Shown: positions 28,263 to 38,854, counted from the stretch's first letter. The stretch: 64,000 nt of DNA from Candidatus Bathyarchaeia archaeon (GCA_049516875.1 JBEKSS010000002.1:160001-224000); one strand, 5' to 3'. The notes: generated by a model from the letters alone, not told the origin. Numbers and translations: made by a program.

Positions 28263-28688
28263 CTAGGAGACCTCCCTTTTTACTGTGACCGTTCCTTTCT
28301 CTGCGTCCACCTTCACCAAGTCACCTGTGTGAATGGCTTCAAACGGATCCCTTTCCAACCTGTCCACCAGAGGAACCTTTGCCAAGACTGCGCTGACTAT
28401 GAGCACGGTTTCGACGTCTTTGACTATCATCGCTTTGGGAGCCAGATTGTGTGAAGCCAATTTGAAGAGGCCGTCTATCTGCACGACTGAGCTGGCCTTT
28501 CCTGACGGAAACACGAGCACCTTGTTTGCGAGGTTTTTTCCCGCAAGTTCGTGGGTTTTCTCCCTGACTATGCCCGTTTTCGGGTCTGTGAGATAGAAGC
28601 AGATTGGCTCATGAGAGACCAAAGCCTCGCCTTCCCCGTAACCGCCCACGATCTTGTGACATTTCAGTCTGATTTCCTCTCTTTTCAT
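28263..28688 (-). CDS. Aconitase X swivel (small) subunit, DUF126
   Basis: GEGEALVS, DPKTGIV, HELAGKNLANKVLVFPSGKASSV. Confidence 0.88.
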   Translation of the reverse strand: MKREEIRLKCHKIVGGYGEGEALVSHEPICFYLTDPKTGIVREKTHELAGKNLANKVLVFPSGKASSVVQIDGLFKLASHNLAPKAMIVKDVETVLIVSAVLAKVPLVDRLERDPFEAIHTGDLVKVDAEKGTVTVKREVS

Positions 28689-29890
28689 TCACATTTCCCC
28701 TTAACCGCTGCTTCCACGCAGTCCTTCAGCCCCGCCACAACAACGTCTCTGAACCTCCGGTAGTAAGCGCATTTAGGCGAGTCGGTCATGCCCACCTTGT
28801 CCTTGTACACGGTCCAACATGGTTCGTCAATGCACGTGTCCACCACAACACACCCGCCAGCCTTTTCTATCGTGTCTACGTAGCCCATTCTTCTAGCGAG
28901 CGTTTTGGTCGTGGCCGACGTGCAAATCCAGAACGATACTCCGCCGTGAATTCTCTTTCCTTCTAACAGCTTTGCGGTTTCTGCCACCTGTTTGAGAGTG
29001 TAATGCGGGCATCCGAGCATTACAAAGTCTATTTTCCCACTTGCTGTCTGAAGCTCTTCCCATGTCTGCTTGAGTTCAGCATCAGTCACGTTAATCTTGT
29101 CCTTTGGGATGTCCCCTTGAAAGGCCTCTTCAACAGTCCGGGCTTCCACTGTGAAACCAGGTATATAGAACATCGACACTGCTCCGGAAGTGTTTGACAT
29201 CGCGCAGAAGTTTATGAGTTCTTCCGTGCTGGGACACCTCGTTATGCCAGTGAACACTGGGATTCCGTAACCTATCTGTTTGCCAACGAACTGCCCCAAA
29301 AGGGTGTAGTCAAAGCTGTCCTTCAAGGCCGCTTCAACCTTGATTAGAACTGTGCCTTTTCGGTTTTGCTTTATGTGCAGCCCATACTTGGGAGTTTTGC
29401 CGACAACTCCTGCTGCGAGAGCACTTTGAGCGGCTTCGCGATTTGTTGTGGCGCCAATGACGGAGTTCACGTAGGGCGTGGCGCTTGATTCCGAAAAGGC
29501 CACGGTTTCACCGAACAGTGGAATGTTCTCTGTAAGATATGGTACGCAACTCCAGCTGAGAATGGCGCCCACTGTCTTGTAGGCTTCCATCACTCTTCGA
29601 GCTACTTCAGCCTCATCGCTCGGAACTTCGAACAATCGATGGAAGAACTCGATGTCGTACACGGGATTTGTGCTGGTCGGGACTCTGCACTTGGCTCCTC
29701 CATTTGCCAAGAGTTCGACGAAGTACAGGTCTCCTTCTTGGCCGCTTGAAGCGGCATGCGCACGAGTGATCGGAATCATTTTTTCAGCGTCGTACGCATC
29801 TCCTATAGCGACAAGCAGTTCAATCGCCTTTTGCATTCCTTGCCCGAGTTCGCCACTGAGCATTTTTTCTTCTTCCCTAGTCAAGTTCAT
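28685..29890 (-). CDS. Aconitase X catalytic (large) subunit, DUF521
   Basis: LTREEEKMLSGELG, SCVPY, ESSA...NSVIGA.TNRE, LGCPH, DTC, TDSPK. Confidence 0.9.
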   Translation of the reverse strand: MNLTREEEKMLSGELGQGMQKAIELLVAIGDAYDAEKMIPITRAHAASSGQEGDLYFVELLANGGAKCRVPTSTNPVYDIEFFHRLFEVPSDEAEVARRVMEAYKTVGAILSWSCVPYLTENIPLFGETVAFSESSATPYVNSVIGATTNREAAQSALAAGVVGKTPKYGLHIKQNRKGTVLIKVEAALKDSFDYTLLGQFVGKQIGYGIPVFTGITRCPSTEELINFCAMSNTSGAVSMFYIPGFTVEARTVEEAFQGDIPKDKINVTDAELKQTWEELQTASGKIDFVMLGCPHYTLKQVAETAKLLEGKRIHGGVSFWICTSATTKTLARRMGYVDTIEKAGGCVVVDTCIDEPCWTVYKDKVGMTDSPKCAYYRRFRDVVVAGLKDCVEAAVKGKCE

Positions 29891-29930
29891 CTAAGCTCAC
29901 CCTTTCGCACAGATACCTGTCCGCAGGCCG

Positions 29931-30869
29931 TTAGCAAAGGTTTTGCGGACTCCCCTCCAGGAACTTAACAACATTATCGATACAGATGTCGCTGCATCTC
30001 TTCACCGCTTCAACAGTGTGGAAACCTACATGAGGCGTGAGTATTGCGTTACTCAATTCGAATAATGGATTGTCTTTGGGAGGAGGCTCATCTTCAAAAA
30101 CATCCAATCCTGCGCAAGAGACTCTGCCCGATTTCAAAGCCTTTATCAAAGCTTCTTCATCAATTACTTTTCCCTGCGATGTGTTGACTATGACGGCACC
30201 GCTTTTCATTATTTCGAATTCTTTTTTTCCGATAAGCCTCTCCGTTTCGGATGTCAAGGCAACATGCAATGAGATGAAGTCACTCTCCTTAAGCAGCGTG
30301 TGGAGGTCCACGTACTTCATTCCGAGCTCTTTGGCTCTCTTCATGTTGGGATACTTGTCATAGCCTAGAATTTGCATCTCAAAAGCTTTGGCTATCTCTG
30401 CAACTCGGCAACCGATTGAGCCTGTGCCGATGACGCCGAGAGTCTTCCCACGTAATTCGATGCCTCCAAAAGGTCTCCAATCGAAACCGCCTTTTCTCAC
30501 GTGTTTGTCGGCTGACAGCAGTCTTCTGGCCGCTGCCAACAGCAAAGCGAAGGCGTGTTCAGCAACGGCTTCCGTGGCATAGCTTGGAACGTGCGTTACC
30601 ACGATTTCTCTCTCTTTAGCCGCCTGAACATCTGCGTAGTGGCAGCTTGTTGCCCATATTGAAATCATTTTAAGCTTCTTAGCAGAGTTGATGACATCTT
30701 TAGTCAATTTGCTCCAGCCAACTATCACGATGTCGGCTGCCTCTATTCTTAGTTTCAAATCATCAGGTGTTTCGGGTGGCTCTTTGAAAATCTTCAGATT
30801 ACCAAGCGATTGCAGTTTTCTGATGTGCTCTTCTTCGAGATAGATGTGGTCCACGACAACGATATTCAT
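29931..30869 (-). CDS. D-2-hydroxyacid dehydrogenase
   Basis: GKTLGVIGTGSIG, AGLDVFEDEP, TPHVGF. Confidence 0.9.
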   Translation of the reverse strand: MNIVVVDHIYLEEEHIRKLQSLGNLKIFKEPPETPDDLKLRIEAADIVIVGWSKLTKDVINSAKKLKMISIWATSCHYADVQAAKEREIVVTHVPSYATEAVAEHAFALLLAAARRLLSADKHVRKGGFDWRPFGGIELRGKTLGVIGTGSIGCRVAEIAKAFEMQILGYDKYPNMKRAKELGMKYVDLHTLLKESDFISLHVALTSETERLIGKKEFEIMKSGAVIVNTSQGKVIDEEALIKALKSGRVSCAGLDVFEDEPPPKDNPLFELSNAILTPHVGFHTVEAVKRCSDICIDNVVKFLEGSPQNLC

Positions 30870-31021
30870 TTTGCATCATTTTCTAGCATGTAGGCGTTTA
30901 CTTAAATTTTATGTTAATGAAGGGACTCCAATTTGTTGAGGGGCTTCACATCTGCATTTTTCGGAATTTCTTCACCGCTTCATCATCTAGCCTTCTGAGG
31001 AAAAACAAGGATGGATGAGTT

Positions 31022-31717
31022 TTAGCGAGCTCTTGACTGCACTCTTGGTTCAATCAGTGTCCAGAGCCAATCGACGAATTCCTTCAGGTTTTTTGTCTGT
31101 ATGTAGATGTCACCTGGTCCCGTGATGTTTGTCACGAGTCCTTCTCCACCTAGCAAGGTTTCTTTCAGTCCGCCGAATTTCGTGACTTTGTAGCTGCAGG
31201 TGCTGCTGAAGGCTACCAAATGGAAGTTGTCAACTATCATTGATTGTCCAGGTCTGAGCGTGTGCTTGTCCACGGCCCCGAAAGTGTTTATGAAGAGGTT
31301 TCCATTGCCTGTTACTCTTATCATGAAGAGACCTTGGCCGAACAGTCCTTTCGTGAAACCTTCCCATTGGGCATCCAAGTCCACGTCTTGCGTTGAGGCT
31401 ACGTAGGCGGCTTTCTGTATTACGTAGCCTTGGTCAGGTCTTATTTCAAGCATTTCAATGTCGCCCACAGGGGCAGAAACGAGTCCTACCTCGCCAGCTC
31501 CCTGCGCCGATGTGTAGTCGTTAACCCAGAAAGACTGTCTTCCGATGATTGCCAGGCCTAAGCTGCCAAGAAGACTCTTCTCTCTCTTGCGCGTGTGCAC
31601 TTCTATGTTTGGATCCATGTAGGTCATCGCTCCGGCCTCGGCTGTTATTGTTTCGCCTTGTTCCAAGTTCACGACAAGCATTGAATAGGACGGCTTGTAC
31701 CTTATGTCACATCTCAA
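31022..31717 (-). CDS. TIGR00266 / AIM24 family protein
   Basis: AEAGAM, VDNFHLVAF, GGEGLV, GPGDIYIQT. Confidence 0.88.
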   Translation of the reverse strand: MRCDIRYKPSYSMLVVNLEQGETITAEAGAMTYMDPNIEVHTRKREKSLLGSLGLAIIGRQSFWVNDYTSAQGAGEVGLVSAPVGDIEMLEIRPDQGYVIQKAAYVASTQDVDLDAQWEGFTKGLFGQGLFMIRVTGNGNLFINTFGAVDKHTLRPGQSMIVDNFHLVAFSSTCSYKVTKFGGLKETLLGGEGLVTNITGPGDIYIQTKNLKEFVDWLWTLIEPRVQSRAR

Positions 31718-31971
31718 CTGAAGCCCTCCACTTTCTACATTGCATTAACTCTGCTTATAACTTGTGCCAGAACTTCGTTCATCCTTTATACAAGTGCTCA
31801 AAGCTGAGGATATTCAGGCCGGATGATGCAGAACAATCTCTCTTTTTTGAGTCTCCAAGAATCTTGTGTTTTTGAAGAAGATGCTTTTGAATTTGAAGAT
31901 TCATTTTCATAAGACTTTTATATGTGTTGACTTGTGGTATTGTGTAATTAAGTTTGGATTAAGGTGCTTTA

Positions 31972-32211
31972 ATGGAGCCTAGCAAGAAGCCGTTGAACGT
32001 TCTTGTCAAGCAGCTGAACGCGGGAATTGCCGTTGTGCTGAAGAACGGCGGTGAATACAGGGGGAAGATGATAAAGTGCGATGGTCACATGAACATTCTT
32101 TTGGAAGGAGCGACAGAGTCTAAGGATGAACAGTTGATAACGAACTATGGCAATGTTTTGTTGCGGGGAAACAACGTCCTCTATATCATGCTGGATGTGC
32201 CTACAAGGTAG
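31972..32211 (+). CDS. Sm/Lsm archaeal protein
   Basis: V.LKNGGEYRGKM..CDGHMNILL Sm1 and LLRGNNVLYI Sm2. Confidence 0.92.
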   Translation: MEPSKKPLNVLVKQLNAGIAVVLKNGGEYRGKMIKCDGHMNILLEGATESKDEQLITNYGNVLLRGNNVLYIMLDVPTR

Positions 32212-33106
32212 CGATTTTTCTATTTCCAGTCACGTATTCTACAGCTTCTTTGAGGTCAGCGTTGAGTTTGTGCTTGCGCTTGAAGTAATGTAGAATATTC
32301 TGAACATCGCGGGTTAGCAGTTCTTCGGCGTTTGGGTGTTCCCTTGTGATGTATTGTGGCCAGTCAATTATCAAGATGTGCCTGTCTGGTTTTAAGATGA
32401 CGTTGTATTCGCTCAGGTCACCGTGGATGATGTTTGCTTTCAGGTATGCTTTTCGGATATTGCGCAGGATTTCCTTCATAATCGTCTTTGGTTTGCTTAT
32501 TTCCTTGTACTCTGCAAGTTCTCCGCCTTCAATCATGCCCATGGCTATAACGTGGCGATTTTGGCTTATTGGTTCTGGAACGGCTATGTGATGCGGGAAC
32601 AGGAGTTTCAGGGCTTCGTATTCTCTTTCTGCTGCAAGTCGAGATTGGTAAAGCCAACTTGCACTGCGTTGGGTTGAATAGCTTCTTTTTCTGATTATTT
32701 GGCGAAAGCTGATTCTGCCTAGGCGATGGAATTTCACGGCTATGCGTTCGCTTTTAGGGTCTAGCGCGTCGTAAACGTCAGCTTCTTTGCCCACGCCTAA
32801 GGGTTTGCCGAAAGCCTCAAGCACGTTGGCCTTCACTAGACCGTTAATCGCGAGACAATCATAACCAGCATAGTTCAGAGTGTAACCCGTGTAGGCTCCG
32901 CGCATTTGGTAGATTAGGCCCAGTTTGCTGAGACGGTTTATCCGAAAGTCTGTGTCCCGCGCCAGATCCAGCTTAGTGAATTTTGCTATCTGTTCTTTCG
33001 GGACGAATTCATGTTTGCTCATGGCCGTTTCTATAACTTGGAGTACTCTGAAGTCCTCGTTTTCCAGTTCGCGAAACACTCTGACCGCAACATCGGCTGA
33101 CGACAT
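32201..33106 (-). CDS. rio2: Rio2 serine/threonine kinase
   Basis: N-terminal wHTH, GVGKEADVY, KFHRLGRISF, IHGDLSEYN, IIDWPQ. Confidence 0.92.
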   Translation of the reverse strand: MSSADVAVRVFRELENEDFRVLQVIETAMSKHEFVPKEQIAKFTKLDLARDTDFRINRLSKLGLIYQMRGAYTGYTLNYAGYDCLAINGLVKANVLEAFGKPLGVGKEADVYDALDPKSERIAVKFHRLGRISFRQIIRKRSYSTQRSASWLYQSRLAAEREYEALKLLFPHHIAVPEPISQNRHVIAMGMIEGGELAEYKEISKPKTIMKEILRNIRKAYLKANIIHGDLSEYNVILKPDRHILIIDWPQYITREHPNAEELLTRDVQNILHYFKRKHKLNADLKEAVEYVTGNRKIATL

Positions 33107-33171
33107 ACACTCTAAAGATAGCATGTTCCATATTAAAACCAGAATGTTGTTACGTACGTACAATCGTTTTC

Positions 33172-34176
33172 TTACGTGATTCTCAGTTTTTCTACTTCTT
33201 CCTTGCTCGGTCTGGACACCTTCATCGTTCTGTCTAAGCTGTTTTTTCCAAACCGCACGAGCACTTGAGCATCTTTTTCGTCTGAGTAGTAGGCTGTTAA
33301 GGCTGCGGCTTTTTCAATCGCTGCTTTCGTTTTTGTTCCTTGAAGAATTGTGGTTGGGCTGCCGCAGTTCGGGACTTCAAAGTAGTAGTCGCTCGGCGAT
33401 TTCATTTTAAGAAGAGCTTTGTTTTCAGATTCGTTTCTGCCTACGACTATCTTGTTTTTCTCGAACCGCAAGTGTCTGCCCAGTTTCAGCAGGGCCACGT
33501 CCTTCATGGAGACTCGTTTCTTGTGTTTGAAGAGATCTCTCACCTTGTCTGCAAATTCTTTGTAGGTGAGTAGACAACCGCCCGCTGGGCAAGGGTAATC
33601 TGCTATGCTGTATTCTTTGGCAAGTTCAATCTGCCTCTTTCTTGACCGGCCATGAATATCCAGGAGCTTGTGGCGGTCTACGAGTCCTCCTTTTTCAATA
33701 GACGTTTCCGGAAGCATCTTCGCAGACAGGGGTCTCAGTATCCTGTTTTTCAGTCCGGCTTCCTCTTCTATCATTTTCAAGGCCTTAAGGTGCTGGCTCA
33801 TCGGCCTCTCGTCCAGCACTTCACCCGTGAATATGAACGAGGCACCAGTTTCTTGCGCGTATTTCTTGGCTTTTTTCAGCATGAAGATTCTGCAATCGAT
33901 GCAGGGATTCATGTTTTTTCCGTAGCCATGCTTCGGCTTTCTGACGACTTTCAGGTAGTCTTCGCCGACACTGACGACTTTCAAAGGTACACCAAATCTC
34001 TCCGCCACTCCTGAAGCTCCGCATCCACCCTTGCCGCAAAGACAGAAGGGAGACACGAAGTTTATGGCTTCAACGTCCATGCCCTGCTCCAGTAGCAACT
34101 TCACCGCTAAGGTGCTGTCCAAACCGCCTGACAGAAGTGCAAGAGCTTTCCTTTTTTTCATTTGATTGCTTAACAT
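33172..34176 (-). CDS. PP-loop tRNA thiolase-like protein (ThiI/MnmA-like, DUF814-type C-terminus)
   Basis: SGGLDS, NPCIDCR, TGEVL.ERPMSQ, PAGGCLLT, GRHLR, VGRNESEN. Confidence 0.82.
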   Translation of the reverse strand: MLSNQMKKRKALALLSGGLDSTLAVKLLLEQGMDVEAINFVSPFCLCGKGGCGASGVAERFGVPLKVVSVGEDYLKVVRKPKHGYGKNMNPCIDCRIFMLKKAKKYAQETGASFIFTGEVLDERPMSQHLKALKMIEEEAGLKNRILRPLSAKMLPETSIEKGGLVDRHKLLDIHGRSRKRQIELAKEYSIADYPCPAGGCLLTYKEFADKVRDLFKHKKRVSMKDVALLKLGRHLRFEKNKIVVGRNESENKALLKMKSPSDYYFEVPNCGSPTTILQGTKTKAAIEKAAALTAYYSDEKDAQVLVRFGKNSLDRTMKVSRPSKEEVEKLRIT

Positions 34177-34279
34177 TTTCGGGCCATTATTAAAACCCTA
34201 CGTCTGATAGAGCAATCCGCCAGAACAACAGTTGAAGATCAGTCAGCGTTTTTTGAAACCGTGCGCTACAGTGTTGTTT

Positions 34280-35206
34280 CTAAAGGATATCTACGTCCAT
34301 TGCTGAGGCCATTATCAAATAGAAACCTGCCAATCCCTTCCACGTTCCCCATTTCTCGGCGATTTTGCGTGCTTCTTCACCGGAGATTTTTCGGTCGTTG
34401 CAGTAGTAGTGCGAAATCACTCTTTTTAGCCCCAAGTCATCAGCAGGGAACGCCTCTAGCCTCTGCATCCCTCTAACCATCGTTAGCTCGGCTGTCCAAA
34501 TGCCGATGCCCCTTATTTTGTCAAGTTCTTTGACGATATCGTTTGCGTCTTTGTAATCTTTAAGCTCTTCAAGCTTTAGCTTACCATCAGTTATCATCTT
34601 CGAGATGTCCTTGATGTACTCTATTTTTCTCTGACTGAGCCCACAATTGCGGAGTTCGCGAACGCTTGCAGAAGCCAGCTTCTGCGGCGTTGGAAAAGCG
34701 TAATAGAATTCTTTGTCCAAGCCGAGCACCTCACCGAAAGCTTTGATCAACCTTTCTTCCATTTTGTTTGCTATGTTTAACGAGATTTGTTGTTCAACAA
34801 TCGAGTCGATTAATGCCTCAAAAACAGTGGGAGTTGTCGGGCTCTTCAGACCTTTCAGTTTATGAGTCAGCGGTGCCATCACACTGTCTTTTCTTGCTTC
34901 TTCGTAGAAGAGTTCGAGATCAAAGTTCAGATTGAAGAGGGCACAGACAATTTCTTCAGCTTTTACTCTGTCACTCCTAGAGATTTTCCCATTAGATTCC
35001 AGCTCAACTGAAAGTTTCGGCTCGTCAACTGTTCCGGCAGTCGTTATGATCGCAAGGAACAGCTTGCTGTCGACTCTCACTACTTGCCAGAATCTTCGCT
35101 TTTCGTATTTTCGAATTTGCCGGTCGCCATCTGAAAAGATCGTGGCACTTAGTTCAAAATCGAAAGGTGAGAGAGGTCTGACCGTCATTTTCGCGATTGT
35201 GAGCAA
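34280..35206 (-). CDS. alkA: DNA-3-methyladenine glycosylase II
   Basis: FEALIDSIVEQQIS, FPTPQKLA, HhH IRGIGIWTAE, PADDLG. Confidence 0.88.
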   Translation of the reverse strand: MLTIAKMTVRPLSPFDFELSATIFSDGDRQIRKYEKRRFWQVVRVDSKLFLAIITTAGTVDEPKLSVELESNGKISRSDRVKAEEIVCALFNLNFDLELFYEEARKDSVMAPLTHKLKGLKSPTTPTVFEALIDSIVEQQISLNIANKMEERLIKAFGEVLGLDKEFYYAFPTPQKLASASVRELRNCGLSQRKIEYIKDISKMITDGKLKLEELKDYKDANDIVKELDKIRGIGIWTAELTMVRGMQRLEAFPADDLGLKRVISHYYCNDRKISGEEARKIAEKWGTWKGLAGFYLIMASAMDVDIL

Positions 35207-35436
35207 AATCTTTCCTCTTTGGCTTTTCTCTAGCCTTTCCTACAGCGATGTTAAAAGCATTTTCATCGTTTTAACAGGAATGTCAGTGCTAGAACTCGGC
35301 ATTGTCAGTGTAAACGATATGATGGCCTATCGAAAGACAACTGCAATAAGAGCGCAGGGAAGGAGACCTTGAGGGTCTATAGTCTTTCATGGAGGATTTT
35401 TAAATGTGAAGGCTCGTATAGTGAACGTTAAAGGAG

Positions 35437-36120
35437 TTGCAACCAGTGCGAATTGTGCTAAGAATAGGCGGTTCTGTCGTAGCGTCACCAGTTAATGCCG
35501 AGCTAATTAGTGAATATGCAGATATGATGAAGGCTTTGAAGGCGTGTGGTCACCAGGTTGTCGTCGTGGTTGGTGGTGGAGCTTTAGCAAGGGAATTCAT
35601 CGGTGTTGCTAGGAGCTTGGGGCTCAAACAGAAGGCTCAAGACGAGATTGCGATATCGGCTTCGAGGATTTTCGCTCTGTTGTTTCTGAAAAGGATCAGA
35701 AATGCGGGTTGCGAGAACGTTTCGCTGAACGTCGAAGAGGCTGTGAGATGTGTAGGCAATGGTAAGATCGCGGTTATGGGCGGTTTGAGGCCGGGAATGA
35801 CGACAGATGCAGTGGCAGCCCTGGTTGCGGAAGCAGTGGAAGCTAAATTGTTGGTGAAAGCCACTGACCAAGAAGGCATTTTTGACAAAGACCCCAAGAA
35901 GCATACAGACGCCGTGAAGCTTGATCACCTGAGGTTTGAGGATCTGACTCGTGTCTGCGTGGAAGACAGACACAAGGCTGGTATTCATCAAATCATAGAT
36001 CCCGAAGCCATCAAAATCCTGAAACGCACAAAGGTCAAGGTCGTCGTGGTAAACGGGTTCAAACCTGAAAATGTTCTAATGGCGGTTAAGGGCAAACCCG
36101 TTGGAACCTTGGTAGACTGA
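35437..36120 (+). CDS. pyrH: UMP kinase
   Basis: IGGSV, VVGGGALAR, GGLRPGMTTDAVAA, DKDPKK. Confidence 0.92.
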   Translation: MQPVRIVLRIGGSVVASPVNAELISEYADMMKALKACGHQVVVVVGGGALAREFIGVARSLGLKQKAQDEIAISASRIFALLFLKRIRNAGCENVSLNVEEAVRCVGNGKIAVMGGLRPGMTTDAVAALVAEAVEAKLLVKATDQEGIFDKDPKKHTDAVKLDHLRFEDLTRVCVEDRHKAGIHQIIDPEAIKILKRTKVKVVVVNGFKPENVLMAVKGKPVGTLVD

Positions 36121-36154
36121 CTTGAATCTCTGTGAATTGGAAGCACTAGGTTTA

Positions 36155-36196
36155 AATATCACTGTTGATATCAGTGGCGATATCAATTACGATATC
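36155..36196. promoter_or_regulatory. Phased (G/A)ATATC repeats, 12-bp period; probable PadR operator array
   Basis: AATATC 36155, GATATC 36167, 36179, 36191, just after a TTTAAATA TATA box and before padR. Confidence 0.65.
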
Positions 36197-36210
36197 GATG
36201 GTGATGAAAT

Positions 36211-36807
36211 ATGGTTGAGCATAGGAAACATTGGATGAGACACACAGCCATGGTTCCGAAGGGATTCATACGCTTCCAAGTTCTAGAATCCCTAAGCAAG
36301 AAGCCCATGTCCGGTTCAGAAATCATTAACGAAGTTGAGACGAGAACGAATGGTCGTTGGAAACCAAGCCCCGGCTCAGTCTACCCACTCCTATCTTGGC
36401 TACAGGACAACGGACACATCCGAGAGTTGCCATCAAACCAGAGTGGAATGAAACGCTACGAACTCACAGATAGCGGGAAAGCTGTGTTAGAACAACAAAG
36501 AAAGATCATGGAGGAACAGGAGAAGATGATCGATGAGCAGAGGAGAAACTACATGAAATTCAGAAAAGAGGGAAGATTTTTCGGGCCACCGTTCATGAGA
36601 GCACCGTGGTTCCATCTTCCGCCGGAGAAGACAGAGGAACTGCGAGAGTCAATGAGGAAGCTGATGAGGACCTCTTTCAAACTTGGAGAGAATCTGGAGA
36701 AGCACTTCTCAGAACAGGTCTTTGAGGATGTGCGTAGAGTTTTGGATGAGACTGCTGAGAAACTTGAAAAAATAAACGAAAGGTTGGGAAGTAGGGAGAA
36801 TGAATAG
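36211..36807 (+). CDS. PadR family transcriptional regulator
   Basis: PMSGSEII, WKPSPGSVYPLL, KRYELTDSG. Confidence 0.92.
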   Translation: MVEHRKHWMRHTAMVPKGFIRFQVLESLSKKPMSGSEIINEVETRTNGRWKPSPGSVYPLLSWLQDNGHIRELPSNQSGMKRYELTDSGKAVLEQQRKIMEEQEKMIDEQRRNYMKFRKEGRFFGPPFMRAPWFHLPPEKTEELRESMRKLMRTSFKLGENLEKHFSEQVFEDVRRVLDETAEKLEKINERLGSRENE

Positions 36808-36947
36808 AGGATTTTTGCAGGCGTTTTTTCCTGAATATAACCGGGAAGAGCTTCATTCCGAACCAATCATCGATAAAGGCCTGAAACCCTTATATGACAC
36901 AGTCCTAAAGCACGATGAGGCTGATAAAAAATCGAGAGGCGAACAAG

Positions 36948-37949
36948 ATGAGTGAAGAAGTGATAACGACTGTGGGACTAACCAAGGTTTTCAATCATCA
37001 CCTGAATGCAGTTGATCACGTCAACTTCAGCGTTAAACATGGTGAGATTTTCGGGTTCTTAGGACCCAACGGCGCAGGAAAAACAACGACGATCAACATG
37101 TTGATAACAATATTGAAGCCCACGGAAGGCAAAGCGTCGGTTTTGGGCTTCGACATCGCAAAGCAGAACAATGAAGTCAGAAATGTCATCGGCGTCGTGC
37201 CGCAGGAATACACTGCTGATGAAGACCTGACTGGTTTAGAGAATATTCTCTTGTGTGCCGACATGTACGGAATTCCGCGGCGCATTGCAAAAGAGCGTGC
37301 GGAAGATCTGCTGAAGCTTGTCGAGCTGACCGAATTCAAGGATAAGAGGGTTGAAACCTTTTCTGGCGGAATGCGGCGCAGACTAGAGCTTGCATGTGGG
37401 CTAATCAACAGGCCAAAGATACTCTTTCTGGATGAGCCCACCCTCGGCTTGGATGTTCAAACGAGGACTGCAACTTGGAACTACATCAGAACCCTCAAGA
37501 AAGAGTACGGCATGACGCTTTTCATGACTACACACTATCTCGAAGAAGCTGATTCACTCTGCGACCGCATTGCCATAATTGATCATGGAAAAATAGTCGT
37601 GGTCGGCCCGCCCGAGGAGCTCAAGCGTAGCTTGGGTGGGGACATCATAACCATAGGCATAAAGGAAGATGTTGACGTGAGCGATCTAATCAGCAAGGTT
37701 GAGAATGTTAAAGAGGTCAAGAAGGAAAATGGCTCATATCGAATCAAAGCTGAGTATGGAGAAGTGACTGCTCCCTCCATTATTGAAACCCTAAGGAAGA
37801 AAGGGTATACCGTGGCGAAACTCTCGCTCACAGAACCCACGTTGAACGAGGTCTACCTGGAATACACAGGTAAGTCTATGCGTGATGCGGAAGAGTCCAG
37901 AGAGGCTTTTGCCGCGCAAAGGATGACGATGAGGAGGGCACGGCAATGA
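36948..37949 (+). CDS. ABC transporter ATP-binding protein (DrrA-like)
   Basis: GPNGAGKTT, FSGGMRRR, LDEPTLGLD. Confidence 0.93.
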   Translation: MSEEVITTVGLTKVFNHHLNAVDHVNFSVKHGEIFGFLGPNGAGKTTTINMLITILKPTEGKASVLGFDIAKQNNEVRNVIGVVPQEYTADEDLTGLENILLCADMYGIPRRIAKERAEDLLKLVELTEFKDKRVETFSGGMRRRLELACGLINRPKILFLDEPTLGLDVQTRTATWNYIRTLKKEYGMTLFMTTHYLEEADSLCDRIAIIDHGKIVVVGPPEELKRSLGGDIITIGIKEDVDVSDLISKVENVKEVKKENGSYRIKAEYGEVTAPSIIETLRKKGYTVAKLSLTEPTLNEVYLEYTGKSMRDAEESREAFAAQRMTMRRARQ

Positions 37950-38854
37950 GCGAAATAGACGGCAATTCCAAAAACAAACTACACGGCCTCTGGGCCCTGA
38001 CAAACAGGGAGCTTAAGAAATGGTACAAAGCCCCTGTGATATTCATACTCTCTATAATTCAGCCAATTCTTTGGATGGGTCTGCTCGGAAAAGCACTGAA
38101 CATAGGCGCACTGTTTGATCCAACAAGCCCGTCATTTCCGCCTCTGAAACTTAATCCACCATTGACTACTGGACCCACTGGGCAGGAAGCACAGCTATTT
38201 CAATACTTTGCAGGTTTCACTAAAAACGTGTTTGGCTCAGCTGATTACTTCTCGTTCATGGCTGTGGGCATTATTGCGTTTTCCGCCCTGTTTACAACAA
38301 TGTTCAGCGGCATGTCAGTAGTTTGGGACAGACGATTGGGCTTTCTGAACAAGGCCCTTAGCACGCCCGTGTCGAGAGGAGTGATAATATTCTCCAAAGT
38401 CCTTTCCGCGACGCTGCGATCAATGTTCCAAGCGGGTCTCATAATAGTCATCGCTATTGGATTTGGTCTCCAGTTTGGGATAGGTTTCAATCCACTTTTC
38501 ATACTTGGTGTATTCGCTATGATGTTCCTGTTGTGCGTGGGATTGTCTTCGCTCTTCATCGCAATAACCATAAGATCAACAAGGATAGAGACTCCGATGG
38601 CTGTCATGAACCTGATAACTCTGCCGCTGATGTTTGCTAGCAACGCATTCTTCCCGACCGCATTTATGCCTGGTTGGCTGCAGACGGTATCTAAGGTCAA
38701 CCCGATGACATACGCTACAGATGCATGCAGACAGCTCTTGGTATTCGCCACTGATTGGGGGAAGGTTGGGATAGACTTCTTGTACGTGGGCATATTTGCT
38801 GTGATAGTTGCAACAATAGGCATATTGCTCTCATGGCGATTCCTGAACAAGTGA
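37946..38854 (+). CDS. ABC-2 type permease
   Basis: WDRRLGFL, FASNAFFP, NPMTY; 6 TM. Confidence 0.92.
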   Translation: MSEIDGNSKNKLHGLWALTNRELKKWYKAPVIFILSIIQPILWMGLLGKALNIGALFDPTSPSFPPLKLNPPLTTGPTGQEAQLFQYFAGFTKNVFGSADYFSFMAVGIIAFSALFTTMFSGMSVVWDRRLGFLNKALSTPVSRGVIIFSKVLSATLRSMFQAGLIIVIAIGFGLQFGIGFNPLFILGVFAMMFLLCVGLSSLFIAITIRSTRIETPMAVMNLITLPLMFASNAFFPTAFMPGWLQTVSKVNPMTYATDACRQLLVFATDWGKVGIDFLYVGIFAVIVATIGILLSWRFLNK

